From positions 1 to 64,000 of the forward strand of contig JAXLNO010000548.1 of the NCBI GenBank assembly GCA_038087875.1: DNA of 64,000 bases. The letters are read 5' to 3'. Position numbers and translations under genes: made by a program. Positions 49,603-62,368 of the stretch are shown piece by piece. Numbering within the stretch: the stretch's first letter is position 1; every line of letters begins with the position of its first letter. This DNA comes from Malacoraja senta (lineage: Eukaryota). The notes beneath the pieces were generated by a model. The model worked only from the letters and a program-made list of their open reading frames with translations, searched no databases and was not told the DNA's origin.

Positions 49603-50284
49603 AGGGCCTGTCCCACTTACGTGTCCTTGGCACACAAATTATGCGACCTCGTGGTCGCGTTGAGGCTCACGGGCATCGTATGGCCGCGCGGGACCGGTCT
49701 CACTGAGAAGCGCGGAGGGGTATGTAGTTGTGCGCGACATCGCGCGGGGCTCCAATAATTTTGTAGTGAACGAAATCTTCGCGCGCCAACGGCCTGTCGC
49801 GGAACTGACGGCCAAAGTGGGACAGGCCCAAGACCCTGGCGCGACGCAAAGTCTCACTTTCAACAGGAGCAGAAGCAGGCAAACGATCGCCGAACTCGGC
49901 CTGGGGCTCACGGCCGTTGCGGTCCAGATCCGCCCCCACTTCTACTCCCAGAGCGGGGCCAAGAAAATTGAAGATAGACACGAAATGCAGGAGTAACTCA
50001 GCGGGACCGGCAGCATCTCTGGAGAGAAGCAATGGGTGATGTTTCGAGTCAAGACCCTTCTTTTCAGACTGAAGAAGAGTCTCGACATGAAACGTCATCT
50101 ATTCCTTCTCTCCAGAGATGCTGCCGATCCTGCTGAGTTACTCCAGCTTTGTGTCCATCTTCAAATGACGTCACGCGCTCCAGACGGCTGTACGTACGCA
50201 TGTAATCGCGCCCGACCTTCGCCGGACCATCGTGGCTCAACGCGTAATATGCGTGCCAAGGACACGTAAGTGGGACAGGCCCCT
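49603..50284. mobile_element. PIF/Harbinger-type MITE
   Basis: ~30-bp near-perfect TIR agggcctgtcccacttacgtgtccttggcac; 3-bp TSD TTA on both sides. Confidence 0.75.
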
Positions 50285-50882
50285 TTACTTAGATGATTCA
50301 TTCCCTCTGGCATTGATTGATGAATCAAAGTGGGGGGGGGGGGGGGGTGATGGAATTTGTAAGGATTTGCTGAAGTCAGTTTGCTTAAAACTGCTCACTC
50401 CTTGAAAAGGAGAGTCTGTGAACTTTAGCCCAGACAAAGAACAGTTTGTGAACTCAAGGTTATAACTGATAAAAACCTAGGCACAACTGTGAACAACAAC
50501 CCTTTATTAGGATGAAGGTAATGAGCTAATGCCAACCATTCCCCTGGGACCAGGAGTAACAAGGAAGGGTCAAAACTTGGATGATGTTTTCATTCCAATA
50601 AGAAACTCTACAAACAATGATAGCTGAATAAAACATACTTATGTTGTATAGATGAAGAGCCTCCTTTTCAAGCTGCTTTCTGCAGTCTTTTAGTTGTTCT
50701 GCAGATCCTTTACATTCTCTCATTTTCGTGTTTTCAAGAAACACCACAATTAGCCGAATGTATACTAATTATAGAAACATAGAAAAATAGGCACAGGAAT
50801 AGGCCATTCGGCCATTTGAGCCAGCACCGCCATTCAATATGATCATGCCTGCATCTAGAATCAGTAACCCATTCCTGCTTTT

Positions 50883-52076
50883 AGAAACATAGAAACACAG
50901 AATATAGTTGCAGGAGAAGGCCATTCGGCCCTTCGAGCCTGCACCGCCATTCAATATGATCATGGCTGATCATCCAACTCAGTATCCCGTACCTGCCTTC
51001 TCTCCATACCCCCTGATCCCTTTAGCCACAAGGGCCACATCTAATTCCCTCTTAAATATAGCCAATGAACTGGCCTCAACTACCCTCTGTGGCAGAGAGT
51101 TCCAGAGATTCACCACTCTCTGTGTGAAAAAGTTTTTCCTCATCTCGGTCTTAAAGGATTTCCCCCTTATCCTTAAGCTGTGACCCCTTGTCCTGGACTT
51201 CCCCAACATCGGGAACAATCTTCCTGCATCTAGCCTGTCCAACCCCATAAGAATTTTGTACGTTTCTATAAGATCCCCTCTCAATCTCCTAAATTCTAGC
51301 GAGTATAAGCCAAGTCTATCCAGTCTTTCTTCATATGAAAGTCCTGACATCCCAGGAATCAGTCTGGTGAACCTTCTCTGCACTCCCTCTATGGCTATAA
51401 TGTCCTTCCTCAGATTTGGAGACCAAAACTGTACGCAATACTCCAGGTGTGGTCTCACCAAGACCCTGTACAACTGCAGTAGAACCTCCCTGCTCCTATA
51501 CTCAAATCCTCTTGCTATGAAGGCCAACATACCATTCGCTTTCTTCACTGCCTGCTGCACCTGCATGCCTACTTTCAATGACTGGTGTACCATGACACCC
51601 AGGTCTCGCTGCATCTCCCCATTTCCTAATCGGCCACCATTTAGATAATAGTCTGCCTTCCCGTTTTTGCTACCAAAGTGGATAACCTCACATTTATCCA
51701 CATTATACTGCATCTGCCAAACATTTGCCCACTCACCCAGCCTATCCAAGTCACCTTGCAATCTCCTAGCATCCTCCTCACAGCTAACACTGCCCCCCAG
51801 CTTAGTGTCATCCGCAAACTTGGAGATGTTGCTTTCAATTCCCTCGTCCAGATCATTAATATAAATTGTAAATAGCTGGGGTCCCAGCACTGAGCCTTGC
51901 GGTACCCCACTAGTCACTGCCTGCCATTGTGAAAAGGACCCGTTTACTCCTACTCTTTGCTTCCTGTTTGCCAGCCAGTTCTCTATCCACATCAATACTG
52001 AACCCCCAATACCGTGTGATTTAAGTTTGTATCCTAATCTCTTATGTGGTACCTTGTCGAAAGCCTTCTGAAAGTC
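50883..52076 (-). mobile_element. CR1 3' fragment, near-identical to the 32.6-kb copy
   Basis: ORF 50979-52118 matches the C-terminal ~360 aa of ORF 32719-35913 almost exactly; (ctatgttt) tail. Confidence 0.92.
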
Positions 52077-53820
52077 TTCGAGCCTGCACCGCCATTCAAT
52101 ATGATCATGGCTGATCATCCAACTCAGTATCCTGTACCTGCCTTCTCTCCATAACCCCTGATCCCTTTAGCCACAAGGGCCACATCTAACTCCCTCTTAA
52201 GTATAGCCAATGAACGGGCCTCAACTACATTCCGTGGCAGAGAATTCCAGAGATTCACCACTCTCTGTGTAAAAAATGTTTTTCTCATCTCAGTCCTAAA
52301 AGATTTCCCCTTTATCCTTAAACTGTGACCCCTTGTTCTGGACTTCCCCAAAATCGGGAACAATGTTCCTGCATCTAGCCTGTCCAACCCCTTAAGAATT
52401 TTGTAAGTTTCTATAAGATCCCCCCTCAATCTTCTAAATTCTAGCGAGTACAAGCCGAGTCTATCCAGTCTTTCTTCATATGAAAGTCCTGACATCCCAG
52501 GAATCAGTCTGGTGAACCTTCTCTGTACTCCCTCTATGGCAAGAATGTCCTTCCTCAGATTAGGAGACCAAAACAGTAGGCAATACTCCAGGTGTGGTCT
52601 CACCAAGACCCTGAACAACTGCAGTAGAACCTCCCTGCTCCTCAAATCCTTTTGCTATGAATGCTAACATACCATTCGCTTTCTTCACTGCCTGCTGCAC
52701 CTGCATGCCTACTTTCAATGACTGGTGTACCATGACACCCAGGTCTCGTTGCATCTCCCGTTTTCCTAATCGGCCACCATTCAGGTAATAGTCTACTTTC
52801 CTGTTCTTGCCACCAAAGTGGATAACCACACATTTATCCACATTATACTGCATCTGCCATGCATTTGCCCACTCACCCAGGCTATCCAAGTCACCTTGCA
52901 GCCTCCTAGTACCCTCCTCACAGCTAACACTGCCCCCCAGCTTCGTGTCATCCGCAAACTTGGAGATGTTGCATTCAATTCCCTCGTCCAAATCATTAAT
53001 ATATATTGTAAATAGCTGGGGTCCCAGCACTGAGCCTTGCGGTACCCCACTAGTCACTGCCTGCCATTCTGAACCCGTTTACTCCTACTCTTTGCTTCCT
53101 GTCTGCCAGCCAGTTCTCTATCCACATCAATACTGAACCCCCAATACCGTGTGCTTTAAGTTTGTATATTAATCTCTTATGTGGGACCTTGTCGAAAGTC
53201 TTCTGAAAGTCCAGATATAACACATCCACTGGTTCTCCCTTATCCACTCTACTAGTTACATCCTCGAAATTTTTTATAAGATTCGTCAGACATGATTTAC
53301 CTTTCATAAATCCATGCTGACTTTGTCCAATGATTTCACCATTTTCCTAATGTGCTGCTATCCCATCTTTAATAACTGACTAGCAGTTTCCCACTACCGA
53401 TGTTAGACTAACTGGTCTGTAATTCCCCGTTTTCTCTCTCCCTCCCTTTTTAAAAAGTGGGGTTACATTAGGTACCCTCCAATCCTCAGGAACTACTCCA
53501 GAATCTAAAGAGTTTTGAAAAATTATCATTAATGCATCCACTATTTCTGGGGCTACTTCCTTAAGTACTCTGGGATGCAGCCTATCTGGCCCTGGGGATT
53601 TATCGGCCTTTAATCCATTCAATTTACCTAACACCACTTCCCGGCTAACTTGGATTTCACTCAGTTCCTCCATCTCATTTGAGCCCCGGTCCCCTGCTAT
53701 TTTCGGCAGTTAATTAAGTCTTCCTTAGTGAAGACAGAACCAAAGTAGTTATTCAATTGTTCTGCCATGACCTTGTTCCCCATGATCAATTCAACTGTTT
53801 CTGACTGCAAGGGACCTACA
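52077..53820 (-). mobile_element. Older, internally deleted CR1 fragment abutting the younger copy
   Basis: RT split over ORFs 53380-53673, 53050-53307, 52560-53057, 52124-52645. Confidence 0.88.
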
Positions 53821-54751
53821 TTTGTTTTAACTAATCTTTTCCCCCATATCCCTTGATTCCTTTAGCCTTAAGAGCTAAATCTAACTCTCTCTTGAAAGTA
53901 CGTTGTTTAGATAAGAGCCTTCTTTTCAAGCTTCTTTCTGCGGTCTTTTAGTTGTGTTTTGCAGGTGCTTTAGTTTGTCTCGTCTTCTCTCTGCTGAATA
54001 TGTAACAACTACAAGCTGTGAATAACAAAAAATCCTTGAAAACTAACACTGGACTGCGAGTGTGAGTACAAAGCATGTTCTAATGTGACCCAACTTCAGT
54101 CTGAAGTAGGATCCTCACGCGGAATATCTGCCTTCCCATGTTCTCCAAAGATGCCACTTGACCCGTTGAGTTCCTTAGCACTTTGTGTGTGGAGGAAAGC
54201 AGCCTCTGCTCTTCCTTTCATCTACAATTGTTAAATAGTTCAATCCAGACAATTACTTCAATTTTACACTGTTGACTAAAATGAGAAAGAAGGCAGTTCA
54301 AGGATAAATAACTGCCCATCAATCCATGTGACAGAGAAAGAGGCCTTTCAGCCTCCTGAGCCCACTCTAGCCCAGAGAACAAAACTATTCCACCACTAAT
54401 TTTCCCCAAAACGGATCTTCCTAATTTCTATCAATGCCACAAATCCACCTATTTGCAGCGGTGGCTTAATCTACTAAATCAGCACATTTTGGTATGTGGG
54501 AGGAAACTGGAGAACAAACATTGTCACAGGGAGAATGCTTATACTCCACACAGACTGCACTGGAGATGATTGAACACGGATCACTGGAGCTGTGAGGCAT
54601 CAGCGCTCTTTGCTATAAGCAGTCATAGAGAGTCACACAGCAGGGAAACAAGCCCTTTGGCCCAACGTATCCAAGCTAATCAAGATACCCCATTTAAGCT
54701 AGTCCCATTTACCCTGCAATGGGTAGACATCATTCAAAACATTTCTCTCTA

Positions 54752-55225
54752 GATGTCAGCTGCTCTACATCGGTGAGACCAAGCGCAGGCTTGGCGATCG
54801 TTTCGCCGAACGCCTCCGCTCGGTTCGCAACAACCAACCTGATCTCCCGGTGGATCAGGACTTCAACTCCCCCCTCCCATTCCAAATCCGACCTTTCTGC
54901 CCTCAGCCACCTCCATGGCCAGAGTGAGGACCACCGTAAATTGGAGGAGCAGCACCTCATATTTCGCTTGGGCAGTTTGCACCCCAACGGTATGAACATT
55001 GACTTCTTTAATTTCAGGTAGTCCTTACTTTCTCCTCCCCTACTCAGCTCTCCCTCAGCCCACTGGCTCCACCTTTTCCTTTCTTCTTCCTGCGCCCCAC
55101 CCCCCCCCCCTCCCACCCACCCTCACATCAGTCTGAAGAAGGGTTTTCGGCCCGAAACGTTGCCTATTTCCTTCGCTCCATAGATGCTGCCTCACCCGCT
55201 GAGTTTCTCCAGCACTTTTATCTAC
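54752..55225 (+). mobile_element. Penelope-like 3' fragment with hammerhead motif at 55133-55160
   Basis: LYIGETKRRLGDRFAERLRSVR...KLEEQHLIFRLGSLHPNGMNIDF; ctgaaga-a-gggtt-ttc-ggccc-gaaacgtt. Confidence 0.85.
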
Positions 55226-57326
55226 CTATGCATGTCCCTGTCCATGTGTCTTTTAAATATTGTTATTGTACCTGCCGCAACTCCATTCTCTGGCAGGTCA
55301 TTCCATATGCTGACCACTCTCTGAGCACAAAGATCGCCCCCAAGTTCCAATTAAATCTTCCCCCTCTCACATTAAACCCATGTCCTCTGGTTATTTGATT
55401 CCCCTTCTCTGGGTAAAAGGCTCTGGGCATACATCTATCAATTCCCCTCATGATTTTAAGCACCACTATATGATCACCCCTCAGCCTCCTGTGCTCCATG
55501 TTCACACCCTTGAGCCCCGACAATATGCTCATAAATCTCATAAACATAACAATGTTGCAGATAATATGTGCACCATAAATAATGCAAATAAAAAAAATAT
55601 TTTTGAAGGCAATATGATTCAATAAACATGGTTCAATGAATCAGATGATAATGTAATAAACGTCATTCACATGTATTCACATATAATTTGAAAATAATAA
55701 TAAATATTGCAAGATGTGGAAAATTGATAGAAATTATGCCCAGTGCATAATATTTTGACGTATTGTTCCCTGTTTGTACCCTCACCCTGTTTTAGTCCAG
55801 TTAAAGATTAATAATATAATGTGTTTAATGTGTAACCGAAGAGGTAACAAAAAGCAATGTTTTCAGCAATAATTAATCATGAATGAATGATACTTTATTG
55901 TGACATGTGACAAGTCACAGTGAAAGTCTTTGTTTTGTAAACCCAACGTATGTCAAGATTCTTCACATAAAGGGCACCGACAAAGTTATAAAGTCTCCCA
56001 CACCAGGTCCTCCTTTGTCCACCCCCCCCCCACCTCACCATGGTTCCCCCACGCCTGGTCCTGCTTTGTTCAATGGTACACTACGAATGTCATTGAATTA
56101 ACACAGTAATGGTGATAGGACTTATTGATTTACAATACAAAACATGTCCAATTGCAAATTATATGGATATACAAGTGTGGTGCAGATGGATTTGGACAGC
56201 TTACTTTACAATTGGTGCCCAAGATAATTTAGAGATATAGCACGAAAACAGCCCTTAGAGTCCACAGTGACCAGTGATCCACTTTGGCATACAGGCTTGG
56301 AGTGTGGGAGGAAACTGGAGCACCCGGGGAAAGCCCACGCAGGTCACGGGGAGTACGTACAAACTATGTACAGACAGCACCTGAGGCCAGGATCAACCCT
56401 GGGTCTCTGGCACTACGGCACCATCACTACGGCTGAACCACAATGACATTTAGGTTATCCTTTAAATATTTCACACAACTTTTCTTTCAAAATTTGTCAA
56501 TAAAAGTAAAAACAATTGGTGAGGTACACAAGGGATTTTAACCATTCAAAAAGCCACCAACATTTCAATGATTTGTAAAATGCTGGAAGCACAGCAAGTT
56601 CAACAGAACCTATGGAAAGAGAAACAAAATTAATGCTTCAGAATTGTGAGAATGTGTAAGTTACAGACAGGAGTGGGAGGCATGGTTGGACATAGGGAGT
56701 ATCACTGATAAGGTAATGACAGGTTTCCATGGTGATAAACTGACAATGAAGCCATCAGACAATGGCATTTTTGGTTTTTATTTCACATTTGCAGCATCTG
56801 CAGTTCTTAGGTTAGTGACTCAGCATGGAAACGGGCCATTCTGCCCACCAATTCCATGCCAACCATCGATCATCTTTCACACTAGTTCTATGTTATCCCA
56901 AAATGGACACAAAATGCTGGAGTAAGTCAGGGGAAACACTCTGTCTGAGGAAGGGTCTTGACCTGAAAAGTCATCCATTCCTTGTATCCAGAGATGCTGC
57001 CTGTCCCGCTGAGTTACTCCAGCACATTGTGCCTATCTTTGCTGTAAACCAGCATCTTCAGTTCCTTCCTACACATCTATGTAATCCCACTTTCCTCACC
57101 CATTCTCAGCACACAAGAGTAATTTACAGAGCCCAATTAACGTACAAACTCTCACATTTTCAAGATATGGGATGAAACCGGAGCACCTGGAGGAAATATC
57201 TGTGTTCACAGGGAGAACGTGTAGTCAGGATCAAACCTGGGTCTCTGGCACAGCGAGAAATTTCTTTGAGATGTTTTTTTATGAACATTGATCACACTCC
57301 AAATGTATTGAAATGAATGAACTAAC

Positions 57327-57587
57327 TTGCTGTTTCGTTCTGCCTCCGCATCCATTCATCGACTTGCCCTTTGATGATTCCATGGAAACCAGTTTCACAG
57401 ACCGTATTTGTTACCCAGTAATTCCTGTCAAATGCAGCCGCCATCCATTTCTGTCTTGGAACTGTAATGACCATGTTTTTGTCATAATACTGTATCTCAC
57501 AACCATCCAGTTCACCCACGACACTATATTCTGGTAGATGAGTACTCCCGTGGTTCAGGGTGTAGTAGTAGATCAGTGTGTGAGGCC
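57327..57587 (-). CDS. MHC class I alpha1 exon
   Basis: tgtctag|GG CCT CAC...ACA GCA A|gttagt; GPHTLIYYYT...LPEYSVVGELDG...YYD...VPRQKWM...YW...RRQNETA; 261 nt. Confidence 0.92.
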
Positions 57588-57957
57588 CTAGACACAAATA
57601 AAATAATACAATTATTGTCAAGTAATAGAAATTTCTATGGATAGGAAAGGTTTGGAGGGAAATTGGCAAAACACCAATTGGATTTACATTGCACTAAACA
57701 TGATATCCTTTACCCTGTATCTATAGATTGTGAACGGCTTCATTGTAATGTAGTCTTTTCACTGACTGGATAGCACACAAGAAACATTTTCACTGCAAAA
57801 CAGTACACGTGACATTAATAATAAGTTAAACTAAGGTAAAATATAGATGGGTGGGTCAAGGGTAGATGGGGCATCTTGGCTGGCATAGATAAGCTGGGCT
57901 GCAGGGCCTGTTTCTATGCTGTACATGATTCTAAATGTCAAGCTTACTTAGATTATT

Positions 57958-58245
57958 TTAGTTTAGTTTAGAGATACAGTGTGGAAACAGGCCCTTCAGC
58001 ACGAGTCCGTACAGATCCCCCCACATTAACACTATCCTACACACGAAGGACAATTTACATTTATATCAAGCCTATTAACTTACAAACCTGTACGTCTTTG
58101 GAGTGTGGGAGGAAACCGAAGATCTTGGCGAAAACCCACTGGTCATGGGGAGAATGTACAAACTCCGTACAGACAGCACCCATAGTCAGGATCGGACCCG
58201 GGGCTCTGGCACTTTAAGGCAGCAACTCTATCGCTGCCCCACCAT
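57958..58245 (-). mobile_element. V-SINE (reverse orientation)
   Basis: Reverse complement of the SINE body, with (tttag)n tail at the left end. Confidence 0.72.
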
Positions 58246-58714
58246 GTCGCCCTTACTGATCAACATTTGGAAATATGATATTCAGATATTCCACCCACAA
58301 AGGGAAGTCACGGCAGTTATTTGGTTCACAGGCCACCATTTATTGCTCCGTGTGTCGTTAAAGAGTAAATTCTAGGGGTAGGTATTGGAAATATCAGGAA
58401 GATAAAAAGAGATCAGGTCCCAAAATAGTTAGTATGGACTTGATGGGTCAAAGGGCTTGTTTCTGTGCTGCACTCTCTATGCTGCACTCTCAATTAGTTG
58501 CATCACATCATATTTATAAGTCGTAACCTTCAGTTAATTAGTCTAACAAGGGTTCATTCGCTCGTGTGTCAGACGAGGTGTAGCTCACTGTTGGCTTCTG
58601 TCGTCGTCCAACATGTTGACAGAATTGGTCGCCCGACGCGTCACAGAGTGCATCGTGTCATCGGTTCTGTGGATCGCCACGAGGAGGCTTCTGCATGATC
58701 CCCCACAAAAGGGT

Positions 58715-59000
58715 GACATGGTGGAACAGCGGTAGAGTTACTGCCTTACAGCTCAAGAGACCGCCAGGTTCAATCCTGACCATGGGTGCTGTCTGTATGG
58801 AGTTTTTACATTCTACCTGTGGGATTTCCCTGGGTGCTCCAGCTTCCTCCCACACTCCAAAGATGAGTTTGTAGTTTAATAGGGTTTGGTAAAGATTATA
58901 AATTGTTGCTAGTCTATAGGATATTGCTACTGTATGGGGATCGCTGTTCAGCGTGGACTTGGTGGGCTGAAGAGCCTGTTCCAATGCTATATCTCTATAC
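58715..59000 (+). mobile_element. V-SINE
   Basis: 'tggaacagcggtagagttactgccttacag...ggttcaatcctgacc'. Confidence 0.7.
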
Positions 59001-59687
59001 CATCTTGAGCTGCAATATACAGTAAGTTGTCCAAATCGGATTGCACCATGCCAGTACATCAAGAGCAGACTCTAAATATCAATGTAACATTTAACTTCTG
59101 CTTTGATGTGACCTCCTGGTGACTTGTTCCCCACATCTCCCTTTGTCAGGGAGTTCCCCAATCATCTCACTGGAGAGGCCCCACATTCACACTTACTCAA
59201 ATACCACACATTTCCTGCTAGACTAGTTTTTCAACTGTTTACTCTCACAGTCTGCCCTGTGAACATGCAGAAATTAACATCACAAAACATCAGGATTGAA
59301 CAACTCATTATCAACCTTAGACACAGAGTGGTAAAGTAACTCAGCGAGACCAGCAGCATCTCTGGAGAAAAAGGCTGGATGACACTTCGTGTCAGGACCC
59401 TACTTCAGTCTCAAGCAGGGTTAGTCTGAAGAAGGGTCCCAACCCGATACATCAGTCTGAAGAAGGATCCCAACCTGAAGCTTCACCCAGCATCACCCAT
59501 CCTTTTTCTACAGAGATGCTGTAGCACACCTCTGACCCGTTGAGTTACTCCAGCACTTTGTGACACTCTTTGGTACAAACCAGCATCTGCAGTTCATTGT
59601 TTCTACATCATTATCTATCTCTTTGAGAAAGCGTTCCCATAGAATTTGCATCATAACAAAATAAGATCACACAAAGTTACCAATAAG

Positions 59688-60010
59688 GGCGGCACAGTGG
59701 CACAGTGGTAGAGTTGCTGCCTTACAGTGTTTGCAGTGCCAGAGACCCGGTTTCAATCCTGACTATGGGTGCTGTCTGTACAGAGTTAGTACGTTCTCCC
59801 CGTGACCTGTGTGGATTTTCGCTGAGATCTTCGATTTCCTCCCACTCCAAAGACGTGCAGGAATGTAGGTTAATTGACTTGATGCATGTGTCAAATTGTC
59901 CCTCGTGTGCATAGGATGGTATTAGTGTGCGGGTTAGTCGCTGGTCGGTGCAGACTTGGTGGGCTGAAAGGCCTGTTTCCGCGCTGTGTATCTAAATTAA
60001 AAAACTAAAG
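59688..60010 (+). mobile_element. V-SINE
   Basis: 'gggcggcacagtggcacagtggtagagttgctgcc...' with (ctaaa) tail. Confidence 0.75.
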
Positions 60011-61084
60011 AACCTATTTTACATATCTCACTTCCTTTGGTTCACGCTGTGTTCTCTCTGGTGTAGACTGCTTGAGCCATTTTTAGTGATTATTCTGGCT
60101 AATAGAGATAGCAACATGAAAACCACAGAAAGAATCTTAAAATAAACTGAATCCTGCAGCATATAAACAGGCCCTTTTGCCCAATCTTGTCTATGCTGAC
60201 CGAGATGTTTATCTACAATTACATGAATTACGCCCTTATCCCTCCCTGACTTTCCTACCAAAAGTCCAAATGCTTTATAGACATTGTGATTATGTCTGCC
60301 TCTACCATCTCCCCTGCAGCTCATTCCAGATAACTACTGTGGTGAGAAACGTCTGCTCAGATCCCCTTGACATTTCTCTCCCATCACCTTAAACCTCCAG
60401 TTCTAGTCCCCACTGCCCCGGGAAAGAGACAGTTACTCTCTATCCTATCTATACCCCAATGATAGACACAAAATGCTGGAGTAACTCAGCAGGGCAGGCA
60501 GTATTTATGGAGAGAAGGAATGGATGATGTTTAGAAACGTCACTCATTCCTTCCCTCCAAAGATGCTGCCTGTCCTGCTGAGTTACTCCAGCATTTTATG
60601 TCTGTCTTCGGTGTAAACCAACATCTGTTAATCCTTCCTGAAGAAGCGTTTCGACCCGAAAAGGTCTCGACCCGAAATATCACCCATTCCTTCTCTCCAA
60701 TGATGCTGCCTGTCCCACTGAGTTACTCCAGCTTTTTGTGTCTTTCTTCAGTTTAAACCTGCATCTGCAGATCCTTCCGACACAATCTATAGCCCTCATT
60801 ATTTCACTCCTGCATTCTAGTGAGAATAAATGCAGCCTATCCAATCTCTTCACATAACACCAGACCTCTATTCCAGGCAACAACCTGGCAAAACCCTTCT
60901 GCACTACTTTTTATGCCATCACATCCTTTTTAGTTTAGAGATACATTGCAGAAACAGGCCCTTCGGCCCACGCCAACCAGTGATCCCCGCACAGTAACGT
61001 TAGTAGAGGAGCGACCAGAACTCTACACAATACTCCATGTGCAGCCTAACCAATGTTTTGTTTGATTTCTCAACTCATATACTT

Positions 61085-61690
61085 GATGCCAGAGTCTATT
61101 CAGTTATACAGGGCCCTGGTGAGACTGCACCTGGAGTATTTTGTGCAGTCTTGGTCACCTAGTTTGAAGAAGGACGTTCTTGCTATTGAAGGAGTGCAGC
61201 AAAGTTCACCAGGTTAATTCCCAGGATGGCAGGACTGACATAAAATAAAAGAATGAATCGACTGGGATTATATTCACTGGAATTCAGAAGGATGAGAGGG
61301 AATCAGATAGAAACCGAATACTAACAAGGGATTTGACAGACTAGATGCAGGAAAAATATTCTCAATGTTGGGGGAGTCCAGAACCAGGGGTCACAGTTTA
61401 CAAATAAGCGGTAGGCCATTTAGGATTGAGATGGGGAAAACCTTTTCACCCAGAGTGTTGTGAATCTGTGGAATTCTCGGTCACAGAAGGCAGCGGAGAC
61501 CAATTCACTGAATGTATTCAAGAGAGAGTTAGCTCCTAGGGTTAACGGAATCAAGGGATATGGGGAGAAAGCAGGAACAGGGTACTGATTCTGGTTGATC
61601 ACCCATGACCAGATTGAATGGTGGTGCTGGCTTGAAGGGCCAAATGGCCTACTCCTGCACCAATTTTATATGTTGCTATGTCTAAGTGGA
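61085..61690 (+). mobile_element. CR1 3' fragment
   Basis: [13 protein letters not shown]...LAIEGVQ...; CR1 3' UTR ending 'ggcctactcctgcacc'. Confidence 0.82.
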
Positions 61691-62368
61691 CAAACATGCC
61701 AAAGTGCATTTTTTGCTTTCCTGTCTCCCCTTGTCGGCATTTTCACGTATCAATGAACTTGCAACCCAAGGACACTCTGTATATTAACACCCCTCAGGTT
61801 CTTACCGTTTATGTCCTACCAGAACATGACATGCCGACACGCATAACTTCACACATCTCTGGATTACATTCCTTCTGCTATTGCTCCATCCAGCTCTCTA
61901 GCTAATCTGTATCCCACTGGATCCATAGACAACCTTCTTCAATGTACATGTCATCTGCAAACCTACTAATCAAACCACCAATATTCACATCCACATCATA
62001 TATACTATTCACTGCAAAACACAAAGGGCTGCAGAGACTCAGCAGGTCAGGTAATATCTGGAGGGATTTTATCCCAGCCAAAAATAAACATTATTCAGAA
62101 TAATGAAATATATACAAAACAAGAACAGTGCAAACAACATTTCTGCCATTCTCGGTGTCCACACATGGATTAATTACAGTTATTTTTGGTTGTGTTCACA
62201 AACTATCCTTATCTCAAGCACCCTTGCCACTTGTATAGCCCTCCTGGGTTAATAGCCCTTCCCTTGTTTGAGGGGCGTCTTCACCAGTTGCAGCCCCCCA
62301 ATGTATTGCCACGAAGGACCCTAGACTGTAGACCTCCACTGAGCCTTGGTGTTGGCTGCAACAAGCTC

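Larger units (their letters stand above)
27219..57587 (-). pseudogene. MHC class I-like heavy-chain gene (non-classical-looking); frameshifted as assembled; leader and cytoplasmic exons not located
   Basis: Four colinear exons (alpha1, alpha2, alpha3, TM), all phase 1-1 with canonical AG/GT; 2-nt frameshift in alpha2. Lineage name cannot be assigned by eye. Confidence 0.85.

Noticed and set aside
16212-53136. Many 60-160-aa ORFs antisense to CR1 copies (e.g. 17827-18303, 32996-33388, 34589-34912, 51256-51648)
   Set aside because: Shadow frames of the CR1 ORF2; they recur only because the element is repeated
60028-60130. Minus-strand MLLSLLARII... followed by gtgaga as a leader exon
   Set aside because: The donor is in phase 2 and the peptide is not a good signal sequence
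62069-62149. Hydrophobic minus-strand mini-ORF MAEMLFALFLFCIYFIILNNVYFWLG as the class I leader exon
   Set aside because: No convincing phase-1 GT donor, and AT-rich sequence easily gives hydrophobic ORFs; the leader may lie beyond the window
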